This document shows, piece by piece, positions 27,422-36,562 of a stretch of DNA of 64,000 nucleotides (positions within the stretch are counted from its first letter, which is position 1; every line of letters begins with the position of its first letter). The notes under the pieces are model-generated. The model saw only the letters and a list, made by a program, of their open reading frames with translations, was not told where the DNA came from and ran no database searches. Source of the stretch: Pseudomonadota bacterium (GTDB lineage Bacteria > Pseudomonadota > Gammaproteobacteria > Francisellales > CACEW01); contig JAJZUD010000001.1 of assembly GCA_021848625.1 (NCBI GenBank), forward strand, positions 3,894 through 67,893. Reading direction: 5' to 3'. The position numbers were made by a program, and so were the translations under genes.

Positions 27422-29262
27422 GAAAAAAAATAGATCACTTTTGGATAATCTATCGTAATCGAGGTATTGCGGTTATCGCAGATCTCGTTTCGATTACGCT
27501 GGCCTTCTTTTTTGCATACTGTTTTCGTTTTAGTTTTGAGTCCAGTCCTCAGTTTTCCCTGGCTGTGCTGATGCATTTTTTCGTAGTTGTGTTGCCTGTG
27601 CAGTTTTTTTTCTTTGTACTATTTGGGTTGTATCGGGGGGTTTGGCGATTTGCTTCAATTCCAGACTTAATCCGTATTGTGAAGGCAGCTGCTGTTGGAG
27701 CTCTTTTCCTGGTTGCCGTTTGGTTCTTCACCGCTGAGCATCATGTTTACATTTTGCCGCGTTCAGTGCCGCTTTTGTACTTTATTTTTCTGGTTTTGAT
27801 GCTGGGGGCAAGTCGAACTGCTTATCGCTTTTGTAAAAGTTATCATGGAATGGGCGGGGCGAGCCGGGTTTTAATCATTGGAGCAGGGGATGCGGGTGAA
27901 GGATTGATTAGAGATTTATTTCGTCATGCATCCCAAAAGTACAGGCCGATTGCAATTTTGGATGATCATCCTGTTAAATATGGGCGGGATCTCCATGGAG
28001 TGCGTGTTGTCGGTAAAATTTCAGATATGGGGTCTGTGGCTGAAAAATATAAGATCGAACACGTTTTCATTGCAATTCCTTCCATGTCGGCAAAAGCGAT
28101 GCGGAGTATTGTAGATTTATGTGAACGCTTTGATTTGCCTTATTCTACCTTGCCTAGTTTGCAGGAGCTCAGTTCATCACAAGTGAACTTGGGATTGCTC
28201 CGTCAGGTCTCCGTAGAAGATTTAATTGGGCGAGAAGAGGTGCATGTTGATCCATCTGAAATTACTGAGTTGTTAACTGGGGAAGTGGTTTTAGTGACTG
28301 GGGGAGGGGGTTCTATTGGAAGTGAGCTTTGTCGCCAAATTGCTCATTTTGCACCTAAAAAATTGATTGTTTTAGATCATTCCGAGTTTAATTTGTATCA
28401 AATTGATCAGGAATTACATGCAATGGCCAATCAAGTGCAATATGAGATCTGCCTCGGTTCGGTTGCGGACTTTACATGGATGGAGTCTGTTTTTGCACAG
28501 CATCAGCCCAAAGTGATTTTTCATGCGGCGGCTTATAAGCATGTTCCGATGTTGGAAAGTCAGTATAAAGTGGCGATTAAAAATAACGTAATGGGAACAA
28601 AAATCACTGCGGAGCTTGCGGTGCAATATCAAGTGGAAAAATTTATTTTTATTTCAACAGATAAAGCCGTCAACCCAACGAATATCATGGGAGCAACTAA
28701 AAGAATGGGCGAAGCTTATTGCCAAGCGCTCAACCAGCATGCGGGTACGCAGTTTATGGTGGTGCGTTTTGGTAATGTAATTAATTCTGCTGGAAGTGTC
28801 ATCCCCCTGTTTCGCAAGCAAATTGAAAATGGGGGGCCGGTTACGGTGACTCATCCTGAAATTACGCGTTATTTTATGACCATTCCAGAAGCATGTCGAC
28901 TCATTTTGCAAGCGGGAAGTCTGGGTCAAGGTGGAGAAATTTTCGTTTTAGACATGGGAGAGCCCATTAAAATTCAATATCTGGCTGAGCGTCTTATTCA
29001 GTTTTCTGGGAAAGAAATTGGCCGGGATATTGAGATTGTCCACACAGGATTGAGGCCTGGGGAAAAATTGTTTGAAGAGCTATTTTATGGGCATGAAAAT
29101 TTAAACGCGACGGCTCATCAAAAGATTATGCAATCTTGTTATCATTCTGAAAATCAATCCATTAAGGAATGCATTGACCAGTTGGTTGAGAGTTTTCAGG
29201 GCGATTCTCTGGTCGAGCTCATGCAAAAATTAAAACTTATTGTGCCAGAGTATCAAGGTTGA
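27418..29262 (+). CDS. Membrane-anchored UDP-HexNAc 4,6-dehydratase (CapD/WbpM/PglF family)
   Basis: Four N-terminal TM helices, VLIIGAGDAGE, VTGGGGSIGSEL, YKHVPM. ATGA overlap at 27418. Confidence 0.85.
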   Translation: MRKKIDHFWIIYRNRGIAVIADLVSITLAFFFAYCFRFSFESSPQFSLAVLMHFFVVVLPVQFFFFVLFGLYRGVWRFASIPDLIRIVKAAAVGALFLVAVWFFTAEHHVYILPRSVPLLYFIFLVLMLGASRTAYRFCKSYHGMGGASRVLIIGAGDAGEGLIRDLFRHASQKYRPIAILDDHPVKYGRDLHGVRVVGKISDMGSVAEKYKIEHVFIAIPSMSAKAMRSIVDLCERFDLPYSTLPSLQELSSSQVNLGLLRQVSVEDLIGREEVHVDPSEITELLTGEVVLVTGGGGSIGSELCRQIAHFAPKKLIVLDHSEFNLYQIDQELHAMANQVQYEICLGSVADFTWMESVFAQHQPKVIFHAAAYKHVPMLESQYKVAIKNNVMGTKITAELAVQYQVEKFIFISTDKAVNPTNIMGATKRMGEAYCQALNQHAGTQFMVVRFGNVINSAGSVIPLFRKQIENGGPVTVTHPEITRYFMTIPEACRLILQAGSLGQGGEIFVLDMGEPIKIQYLAERLIQFSGKEIGRDIEIVHTGLRPGEKLFEELFYGHENLNATAHQKIMQSCYHSENQSIKECIDQLVESFQGDSLVELMQKLKLIVPEYQG

Positions 29263-30460
29263 AGTGGTGTTCTACACACCACATAGCAAAAGCGAAGCTC
29301 CCCGTAAAGGCAGGAGAAACCGCATTTAAAATATGCACGCTCTCCTCATCGCCCTCCACCACAAAATCCTGCACCAATTTAAAATCACGTTTATCAAGCA
29401 ATTGCGCACGAATGCCTGGCGTGGACCAGTTTTGAAAGCCAGCAGCTTTCATGGTTTTAACCATTTTAAGGGCTTCAGAAGTCAAATAATTTTTGTTATA
29501 TTTGCGCATTTCTTCACGTGCGAGTGCCCGGAAATGAAAAGCATTATTGCAAAAAAGGCGCGCTTCTAAAGCCAAAATCGAAGCACATTCCTTCAAATCA
29601 AAGCCTTGCATTTGATGATAATTCTCGCGCCAGAAGGCAGGAATGGCCGTAGGACCAATTTTGAGGTGCCCCTCTACAGTCAGCGTAAAATGCACGCCTA
29701 AAAAAGGATTATTGAGATTAGGCACGGGATAAACATGCGTACGTAAGGGATGATCGTCAAATGCATATTTTAAATAAATGCCTTTGAAGGGTAAAATGGT
29801 ATAATGCTGTGAAAAACCAAAGTCTTGGGCAATTTTATCAGCGTAGAGGCCGCCCGAATTAACGATTTTTTTGGCTTGAATCCTATTGTTTTTTGAAGTG
29901 ATGATGCTGTTTTTTGAGCCACGTTTGCGATACGCTTCTGCAAATAAAAAGTGTACGCCTTGTTCGGATAGTATTTTTTTGAGCATCTGAGAAACTGCAA
30001 CAGGATTGACAGAGGCCGTATCAGGCGAAAACAAAGCAATGCCCGAAGTTTTTGCATTAGGCTCGATTTCTGCTAATTGCTGTTCATCAATAATCTGCGT
30101 TGTGACCTGATTAGCATTGCCGCGGCGATGGAGCTCATGAATCCCCGCTTGTTCTGCTTCATTTTGAGCAATCACCACTTTGCCGCATTCACGCATGGGA
30201 ATGTCATGCTTGCGACAAAAGGCTTTCATGAGTCGATTGCCCTCAGCGGTGAGTTTAGCTTTGAGGGAATCTGGGGTGTAATAGAAGCCCGCATGAATAA
30301 CGCCACTATTGCGACCGCTGCCATGTTTTGCCACGTCTGATTCTTTTTCAAGTATAATAATACGAACATCAGGTTGTTTTTGTTTGAGTGTATAGGCGAG
30401 CGTAAGGCCAATAATGCCCGCACCAATAATCAGAATGTCAGTTGTGTATGTCACAGGCAA
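29237..30460 (-). CDS. lhgO: L-2-hydroxyglutarate oxidase-like FAD oxidoreductase
   Basis: DILIIGAGIIGLT dinucleotide fold, SGVIHAGFYYTPDSLKAKL..CGKVVIA. The 3' end overlaps the dehydratase 3' end by 26 nt (convergent). Confidence 0.7.
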   Translation of the reverse strand: MPVTYTTDILIIGAGIIGLTLAYTLKQKQPDVRIIILEKESDVAKHGSGRNSGVIHAGFYYTPDSLKAKLTAEGNRLMKAFCRKHDIPMRECGKVVIAQNEAEQAGIHELHRRGNANQVTTQIIDEQQLAEIEPNAKTSGIALFSPDTASVNPVAVSQMLKKILSEQGVHFLFAEAYRKRGSKNSIITSKNNRIQAKKIVNSGGLYADKIAQDFGFSQHYTILPFKGIYLKYAFDDHPLRTHVYPVPNLNNPFLGVHFTLTVEGHLKIGPTAIPAFWRENYHQMQGFDLKECASILALEARLFCNNAFHFRALAREEMRKYNKNYLTSEALKMVKTMKAAGFQNWSTPGIRAQLLDKRDFKLVQDFVVEGDEESVHILNAVSPAFTGSFAFAMWCVEHHFNLDTLAQ

Positions 30461-30507
30461 TTGAGGTATAATGGAAGATCATAGCGCATTCTAGCATTTA
30501 AAGAGAG

Positions 30508-31077
30508 ATGTATCACTATTTTAAAAGGCTCTTCGACCTCATCCTTGCAACATTATTTCTGATCCTTTCCCTACCGCTGTGGCTGTTTGCTGCGTTTTTT
30601 ATCAAAATATCCTCAGAAGGGCCCATTTTATTTGTGTCAGAACGTTGTGGCAAAAATGGTGTGCCTTTTCATTTTCTCAAATTTAGAACGATGAATGTCG
30701 GGGCGCCTCTATTGGCAAGCCGTGATATTGACGCAATCGAGTATCTCACGCGCATTGGTAAATTTTTACGTAAAACTAGCCTGGATGAAATTCCCCAATT
30801 ATGGAACGTGCTGAGAGGGGACATGAGTCTTGTGGGTCCAAGGCCTGTCATTCCAACGGAAACGGATCTGGTTGAAAAGCGCAGAGAGCGTGGAGTGGAT
30901 CAAGTTTTGCCAGGCATCACGGGCTGGGCGCAGATTAATGGCCGAGATCATGTCACAGTAGATGAGAAAGTGCAGCTGGATTATGAATACATCCAGCGTC
31001 AGTCGCTATGGTTTGATACGAAAATCATTGCATTAACGATATGGAAAGTACTTTTCGCGCATGATATTACGCATTAA
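30508..31077 (+). CDS. Small monotopic phosphoglycosyl transferase, copy 3
   Basis: LKFRTM, LDEIPQLWNVLRGDMSLVGPRP; 189 aa. Confidence 0.85.
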   Translation: MYHYFKRLFDLILATLFLILSLPLWLFAAFFIKISSEGPILFVSERCGKNGVPFHFLKFRTMNVGAPLLASRDIDAIEYLTRIGKFLRKTSLDEIPQLWNVLRGDMSLVGPRPVIPTETDLVEKRRERGVDQVLPGITGWAQINGRDHVTVDEKVQLDYEYIQRQSLWFDTKIIALTIWKVLFAHDITH

Positions 31078-32194
31078 AAAGAATGGGCCAATTTAGGGAA
31101 TGGACGAGTTCAATAGGGCTTTGGGGGTAAGCCTCGGTAAAGGCAGAAGGGACCTGATAGCGTTTCGGATTTTGCCATTTGCATTCAAATCCTTTTAAGT
31201 GATCCCCCGATTCTTCCAAATAATCAATTTCTTGACGGTCATGCGTCCGCCAGAAGTAGCAGTTGGGCTGCTGACCCCTATTATGCATAAATTTGAGTCG
31301 TTCGAGAATAGCAAAATTTTCCCATAGAGCGCCTATGTCATTGCGTGCATCAAGGGGGGCAAAAGCATTGAGTAGCGCATTGCGTATGCCCACATCATAA
31401 AAATAGTATTTGGCTTTTTTAGTCAGCTCTTTTCGCAGGTTGCGACTGAATGAACCCAGGCGAATAATAATAAACATCTTTTCAAGAATATCCAAGAAAC
31501 GCTCAACCGTACTTCGGCTTAAGCCTAATTGAGTGGCGAGCTCATGGATAGAAACCGCATTACCCAATTGCAGAGCAAGCAGTTTTAAAAGTTGATTGAT
31601 TTTTTGAGAATTTTTAATGTTTTCAAAGATCAGAAGGTCTTTGTAGAGGTATTGGTTGCTGAGATTGATGAGGAGTTCACTTCGTTTTGCTAAGCTTTCT
31701 TTATAAATACCAGGGTAGAGGCCAAAGCGCAAACAGTCAGGGAGTGCTTCTTGTAAATCGACTGACGAAAGGGCACTCTGCATTTCATGGAAACCAAGGG
31801 GATAAAGCATAAATTGTAGAGCTCGTCCAGTCAGCGGTTCATTCAGTCGATTGGCCAGTTCAAAGCTGCATGAGCCAGTGGCAATCAATTGTATTTCCGG
31901 GTGAGTATCGTGAAGTAACTTAATGATTTTTCCAATATCTGGAATGACCTGTGCTTCATCAAGCACAACCAGTTTGGCCTCGCCTAAAAAAGCTTTAATG
32001 GTGCTGATGTTTTGCGTCTCTAGAATGTTTTTAACTGCGATTTGCTCACAGAGTAAATAGAGGCTATTTGGATTGTTTTTAATTAAGTTTTTGCATAGTG
32101 TCGTTTTTCCAACTTGACGTGCGCCAAATAGTAAGATCACTTTGCTTTGAAAAAGCCAATTTTGAATGCGCTCGCTGAGTGCTCTTTTAAACAT
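31067..32194 (-). CDS. AAA ATPase with DUF4143-type C-terminal domain
   Basis: Walker A GARQVGKTT, Walker B VVLDEAQ, central wHTH-like region (ATQLGLSRSTVERFLDILE), C-terminal W..H..EIDYL pattern. Confidence 0.7.
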   Translation of the reverse strand: MFKRALSERIQNWLFQSKVILLFGARQVGKTTLCKNLIKNNPNSLYLLCEQIAVKNILETQNISTIKAFLGEAKLVVLDEAQVIPDIGKIIKLLHDTHPEIQLIATGSCSFELANRLNEPLTGRALQFMLYPLGFHEMQSALSSVDLQEALPDCLRFGLYPGIYKESLAKRSELLINLSNQYLYKDLLIFENIKNSQKINQLLKLLALQLGNAVSIHELATQLGLSRSTVERFLDILEKMFIIIRLGSFSRNLRKELTKKAKYYFYDVGIRNALLNAFAPLDARNDIGALWENFAILERLKFMHNRGQQPNCYFWRTHDRQEIDYLEESGDHLKGFECKWQNPKRYQVPSAFTEAYPQSPIELVHSLNWPILFNA

Positions 32195-32258
32195 TTTTAT
32201 ATCTAAAATTGCCCATCATTAAGCAATTTTATATCTAAAATTGCTCATCGTCAAGCAA
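32195..32258. repeat. Two tandem 32-bp units (29/32 identical) filling the rpoD / ATPase intergenic space
   Basis: Unit 1 at 32195..32226 is ttttatatctaaaattgcccatcattaagcaa; unit 2 at 32227..32258 is ttttatatctaaaattgctcatcgtcaagcaa. Confidence 0.9.
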
Positions 32259-32260
32259 AA

Positions 32261-34135
32261 TTACTTCTCTTCAAGATCGTCCATAAAGCTTTTCAAGGTC
32301 TCCGCCCGTGAAGGATGGCGCAGTTTTCTCAAAGCTTTGGCCTCAATCTGACGGATCCGTTCCCGCGTGACGTCAAATTGTTTACCAACTTCTTCCAGGG
32401 TATGGTCCGTATTCATATCAATGCCAAAGCGCATACGCAGGACTTTTGATTCTCGTTCTGTGAGAGAATTCAATATTTTACGCGTGACTTCGCGCAGATT
32501 CTCATTGGTTGCGGAGTCAACTGGGGAGCTCATATTGCTATCCTCAATAAAATCACCCAAATGCGAGTCTTCATCATCACCAATAGGGGTTTCCATAGAA
32601 ATCGGCTCTTTGGCAATTTTCAGTACTTTGCGGATTTTATCCTCAGGGAGATCCATTTTTTCTGAAAGCTCTTCTGGAGTCGGTTCGCGGCCCATTTCTT
32701 GCTGCATCTGACGTGCAATGCGATTTAATTTGTTGATGGTTTCAATCATGTGTACTGGGATGCGAATGGTCCGCGCTTGATCTGCAATCGAGCGGGTGAT
32801 GGCTTGGCGAATCCACCAAGTAGCATAGGTTGAAAACTTATAGCCCCGGCGATACTCAAACTTATCCACGGCTTTCATCAGGCCAATATTTCCCTCTTGA
32901 ATCAGATCCAAAAATTGCATGCCTCGATTGGTGTATTTTTTAGCAATGGAGATGACCAGGCGTAAGTTGGCTTCGATCATTTCCTTCTTAGCACGGCGGG
33001 TTTTAGCCTCGCCAATGGACATACGTCGGTTTGCTTCTTTAATATCCGCCATGCCAAGCCCATAAGCGTCACACGCTTGCTTGATTTTGCGTTGTGCTTC
33101 GGCGATTTCAGGCTTAAAGCCGCCTAAGCGTTCCAATGCGATTTTATTTTTAACGGGGTCGAGCTCACTGATCCAGTTGGGGTTGCTTTCATTGCCTTGG
33201 AATTGATTTAAAAAATCTTTACGCGGCATACGGCATTTTTCAACGCAAATCCTGGAAATAAAGCGTTCTTGTTCGCGGATATTCTCCAGGGTTTGGCGCA
33301 GACGATGGGTGAGGCGATTAAATTCTTGGCTCGCCAATTTAAAGGTCAAGAAATTAGCCTTGAGCGCGGCATGGGCTTCTTTAAGGCGCTTTTGATCGGG
33401 CTTGTCTTGCCCAGCGACTTGGCGATATTGATCATATAAATTTTGCAAAATCGTGAAGCGTTCAGCGCATTTTTGTGGGTCTGGGCCTAGTTCGGCATCA
33501 ATGACATCCACAACGCTCGCTGCTTCTTCGTCTTCAGTGACTTCGGCATCAGGTAAAGTGCTTTCTTCTTCGCCCAACTCTGATAAGTTCAACATTGGAG
33601 TTGCTGCTTCTTCCTCATCAGTAAAGCCAAGGATGATGCTGGAAAGTGAGCGCTCTTCAGTGGGCGCGTGATGGTAGGAGTTCAAGAATTGCTCGATGAC
33701 AATTGGGTAATCGGAGATGGCCTCCAAGACTTGAATCGTGCCCTCTTCAATCCGTTTAGCAATTTGGATTTCACCTTGACGAGTCAGTAGGTCTACTGTG
33801 CCCATTTCACGCATGTACATGCGTACGGGATCATTGGTGCGACCGAGCTCATCATCAGAGCCAATAATTGCAGACCCTTCCGCCTCGAGTTCGTTCGGGA
33901 TATTAGCAGGTGCTGCGTTTTCCAGTAAAAAAGGATCAACATCTTCAGCAGACTGAAAAACCTGAATGCTCATGTCATGCAGCAGATTGACAATATTGTC
34001 GAGCTGTTCAGGGTCGTTTAGTTCCGCAGGGAGGTGGTCGTTGATATCAGCCGCAGTGAGATAGCCCTGCTCTTTTCCTAAGGCAATCAATTCTCGAATT
34101 TGCGAAAGATCATCAAATTGTTCCTGGTCAAACAT
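32261..34135 (-). CDS. rpoD: RNA polymerase primary sigma factor RpoD
   Basis: [38 protein letters not shown] (region 2), [34 protein letters not shown] (region 4), acidic region 1. Confidence 0.97.
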   Translation of the reverse strand: MFDQEQFDDLSQIRELIALGKEQGYLTAADINDHLPAELNDPEQLDNIVNLLHDMSIQVFQSAEDVDPFLLENAAPANIPNELEAEGSAIIGSDDELGRTNDPVRMYMREMGTVDLLTRQGEIQIAKRIEEGTIQVLEAISDYPIVIEQFLNSYHHAPTEERSLSSIILGFTDEEEAATPMLNLSELGEEESTLPDAEVTEDEEAASVVDVIDAELGPDPQKCAERFTILQNLYDQYRQVAGQDKPDQKRLKEAHAALKANFLTFKLASQEFNRLTHRLRQTLENIREQERFISRICVEKCRMPRKDFLNQFQGNESNPNWISELDPVKNKIALERLGGFKPEIAEAQRKIKQACDAYGLGMADIKEANRRMSIGEAKTRRAKKEMIEANLRLVISIAKKYTNRGMQFLDLIQEGNIGLMKAVDKFEYRRGYKFSTYATWWIRQAITRSIADQARTIRIPVHMIETINKLNRIARQMQQEMGREPTPEELSEKMDLPEDKIRKVLKIAKEPISMETPIGDDEDSHLGDFIEDSNMSSPVDSATNENLREVTRKILNSLTERESKVLRMRFGIDMNTDHTLEEVGKQFDVTRERIRQIEAKALRKLRHPSRAETLKSFMDDLEEK

Positions 34136-34196
34136 GTAAAAGCGCTACCTTTGATTCGAAAAAAGAGCAGGATAGCAAAAAAGCCTTAGGAAGTCT

Positions 34197-34230
34197 ATGT
34201 GGTGATGCGTTACATGTGGTGATGCGTTAC
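34197..34230. repeat. Perfect 17-bp tandem duplication (atgtggtgatgcgttac x2), 62-95 nt upstream of the rpoD start
   Basis: Read directly: 34197..34213 and 34214..34230 are identical. Confidence 0.95.
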
Positions 34231-34256
34231 CTTCCAGAGTGGCTGTGCTCTCTCTT

Positions 34257-34538
34257 TTATGCTTTTGTGAGGGTGCCCGCTGTGGCGGTAACGCCTTCAA
34301 ACGCTTCGGATTTTTTAGATGGGTCAAAAAAAACAACAGACATGGGCGATGTGGAAACATCGGGAAGATTTATGTTGCGTCTCCGAAGCTCCTGTAGCGC
34401 GAAGGCCCGCTTCTCTTCTATATTTATAGCTGCGGGTTCATCAGCTTGTTGTCTTGTTGCTAAAATGAGGAGAAATTCATTTGGGAATTTTTTGTATACG
34501 AGAGGTATTTTCCGGTCAGTGGTGCTTGCTTTAAACAT
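34257..34538 (-). CDS. Hypothetical 93-aa protein (doubtful)
   Basis: Only an ORF on the rpoD strand in the purB-rpoD gap, preceded by a very AT-rich stretch. No motif recognised. Confidence 0.2.
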   Translation of the reverse strand: MFKASTTDRKIPLVYKKFPNEFLLILATRQQADEPAAINIEEKRAFALQELRRRNINLPDVSTSPMSVVFFDPSKKSEAFEGVTATAGTLTKA

Positions 34539-34622
34539 TTTATTTTCATTTTTATTTTTACGTGCAATTATATTTAAAATTATTTTAAATTTAAATAAAT
34601 TTATTTTGGATTTAATTTTTTC

Positions 34623-35942
34623 TTAAGTGTATATCGAGGTGGCTAAGCCAATATAGCGAGCAGGGGTCAACTCTATTAGGCGCTGCTTCACATCAGGGGG
34701 TAGGGTTAGTTTTGCGATAAATTGCTGATACACTGCGGCATCGAAGCGTTCACCGCGGGAAATTGCTTTGAGTTGCTCGTAGGCATCATCAATACCTTGA
34801 TCGCGGAGAATGGTTTGAATGGCCTCCGTTAGCACTTCATAGTGTGAGTTTAAATCTGCTTCAATCTTGCTGTGATGGGCTTGCAGTTTGCCCAGTCCTT
34901 TGCTCAATGAGCGATAAGCAATCAAGGCATAGCCAAAAGCGCTCCCAATATTGCGCATCACCGTCGAGTCGCTCAAATCCCGTTGCAAGCGGGAGATTGG
35001 CAACTTTTCAGCAAAATGCAGCCACAAGGCGTTGCTCAAGCCTAAATTTCCTTCAGCATTTTCAAAATCAATTGGATTGACTTTATGGGGCATTGTTGAG
35101 GAGCCAACTTCGGTTTTAACGACTTTGAGTTTAAAATAATCCAGGCTGATATACGTCCAAATATCGCGCGCCAACCCAAGAAGGATGGTATTAATGCGGG
35201 CAAAATGATGGCCAATTTCAGCAATATAGTCATGGGGCTCAATTTGCGTAACCATGGGATTAAAGTGCAGGCCTAAACTTTCAACAAACTGTTGGGCGAT
35301 TTGAGGCCAATTAAGATCAGGCCTGGCAATGCAATGAGCATTAAAATTGCCGACAGCACCATGAAATTTACCTAAAATGCCCTGCTGTGCCAGCATGTAG
35401 AGTTGGCGTTGCAGGCGATAGGCAAAATTGGCTAGTTCTTTGCCTAAAGTGGTTGGGCTAGCGGGTTGGCCGTGTGTGCGCGCGAGCATAGGAGTATCAC
35501 GATACTCTTCAGCTTTTGCTTGAAGTTCATGGAGGAGCTTTTTTAAAACAGGCTCAATCACTTCCCGGAGTGCGCCTTTGATCATTAACGCATAGGCCAG
35601 ATTGTTAATATCCTCTGAGGTGCAAGCAAAATGCCATAATGCGGCTTTAATATGAGGTGCCCGTTGACGTAAAAAATATTCAATGGCTTTGACATCATGA
35701 TTGGTTTCGCGCTCCAAAGCTTTGATTGCCACTGCATCGGCATCGGAAAATTGCTGATAGATCGCGCGTAAGCTTTGCTTTTCTGTGTCACTGTAATTTG
35801 CCCCTGGCATTGCAAGCAGCCACTCAATTTCGACCTGGGTGCGAAATTTCATGAGGGCGCTTTCTGAAAAATAAGCTGAGAGGGTTTCTGTGTCTTTGCT
35901 GTAGCGACCATCTAAGGGGGACAGGGCGTTGAGTGAGTTCAT
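34623..35942 (-). CDS. purB: Adenylosuccinate lyase
   Basis: MNSLNALSPLDGRY start (ATG 35942, ATGA overlap with the rlmE stop); SSTMPHKVNP signature. Confidence 0.93.
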   Translation of the reverse strand: MNSLNALSPLDGRYSKDTETLSAYFSESALMKFRTQVEIEWLLAMPGANYSDTEKQSLRAIYQQFSDADAVAIKALERETNHDVKAIEYFLRQRAPHIKAALWHFACTSEDINNLAYALMIKGALREVIEPVLKKLLHELQAKAEEYRDTPMLARTHGQPASPTTLGKELANFAYRLQRQLYMLAQQGILGKFHGAVGNFNAHCIARPDLNWPQIAQQFVESLGLHFNPMVTQIEPHDYIAEIGHHFARINTILLGLARDIWTYISLDYFKLKVVKTEVGSSTMPHKVNPIDFENAEGNLGLSNALWLHFAEKLPISRLQRDLSDSTVMRNIGSAFGYALIAYRSLSKGLGKLQAHHSKIEADLNSHYEVLTEAIQTILRDQGIDDAYEQLKAISRGERFDAAVYQQFIAKLTLPPDVKQRLIELTPARYIGLATSIYT

Positions 35943-36562
35943 GCACATCCTTTTTTGTAATCCAGGCAAACGAGGAAATGTTCAGGAGAGCGATCTCTCG
36001 AAGCATCCGGTTTGCACAAATGCACTTTGGTAAAATCCATTTTAGCCTGCTTGATTAAATTATCCAAGCCAGGTCCTTGAAACACTTTGCTAACAAAGTG
36101 GCCATGCAGAACTAAGGTCTTAGTGGCAAAATCGTAGGCGAGTTCAGCCAGGCTAAGGGAGTTAATTTGATCAGCTGTTTTATGACCGCTCATGTTTGGG
36201 GCCATGTCAGATAAAACCAAGTCTGCTTTCTGCTGATTTAAAGCTGCAAGCAGACGTTCATAATCCGCTTCAAGTGTAAAGTCGCCTTGCAAAAAAGTCA
36301 CATTAGCAATGGGGTCAATTTCAAGTAGATCCAGCGCGATGAGTTGTCCGCGTCGGCCTATCTCCTGTGATGCAACTTGAGACCAGCTGCCGGGTGCGGC
36401 CCCTAAATCCACAACGCGCATATTGGGCTTGATAAAGCGATATTTTTTTTGCAGTTCAATGAGTTTATAAGCTGCTCGTGCTCGATAGCCATCCTGCCAA
36501 GACTTTTTAACATAAGGGTCGCTAAAATGTTCTTTTAGCCAGCGGTTGCTTGATTTGGACAT
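35939..36562 (-). CDS. rlmE: 23S rRNA U2552 2'-O-ribose methyltransferase RlmE (FtsJ)
   Basis: SNRWLKEHFSDPYVKK, VVDLGAAPGSWSQ. Confidence 0.9.
   Translation of the reverse strand: MSKSSNRWLKEHFSDPYVKKSWQDGYRARAAYKLIELQKKYRFIKPNMRVVDLGAAPGSWSQVASQEIGRRGQLIALDLLEIDPIANVTFLQGDFTLEADYERLLAALNQQKADLVLSDMAPNMSGHKTADQINSLSLAELAYDFATKTLVLHGHFVSKVFQGPGLDNLIKQAKMDFTKVHLCKPDASRDRSPEHFLVCLDYKKGCA

Noticed and set aside
34216-34626. 136-aa plus-strand ORF in the purB-rpoD gap.
   Set aside because: The translation ends in an AT-driven Ile/Leu/Phe/Asn string. It runs antisense to both flanking genes and has no RBS or motif, so it is most likely a chance ORF.
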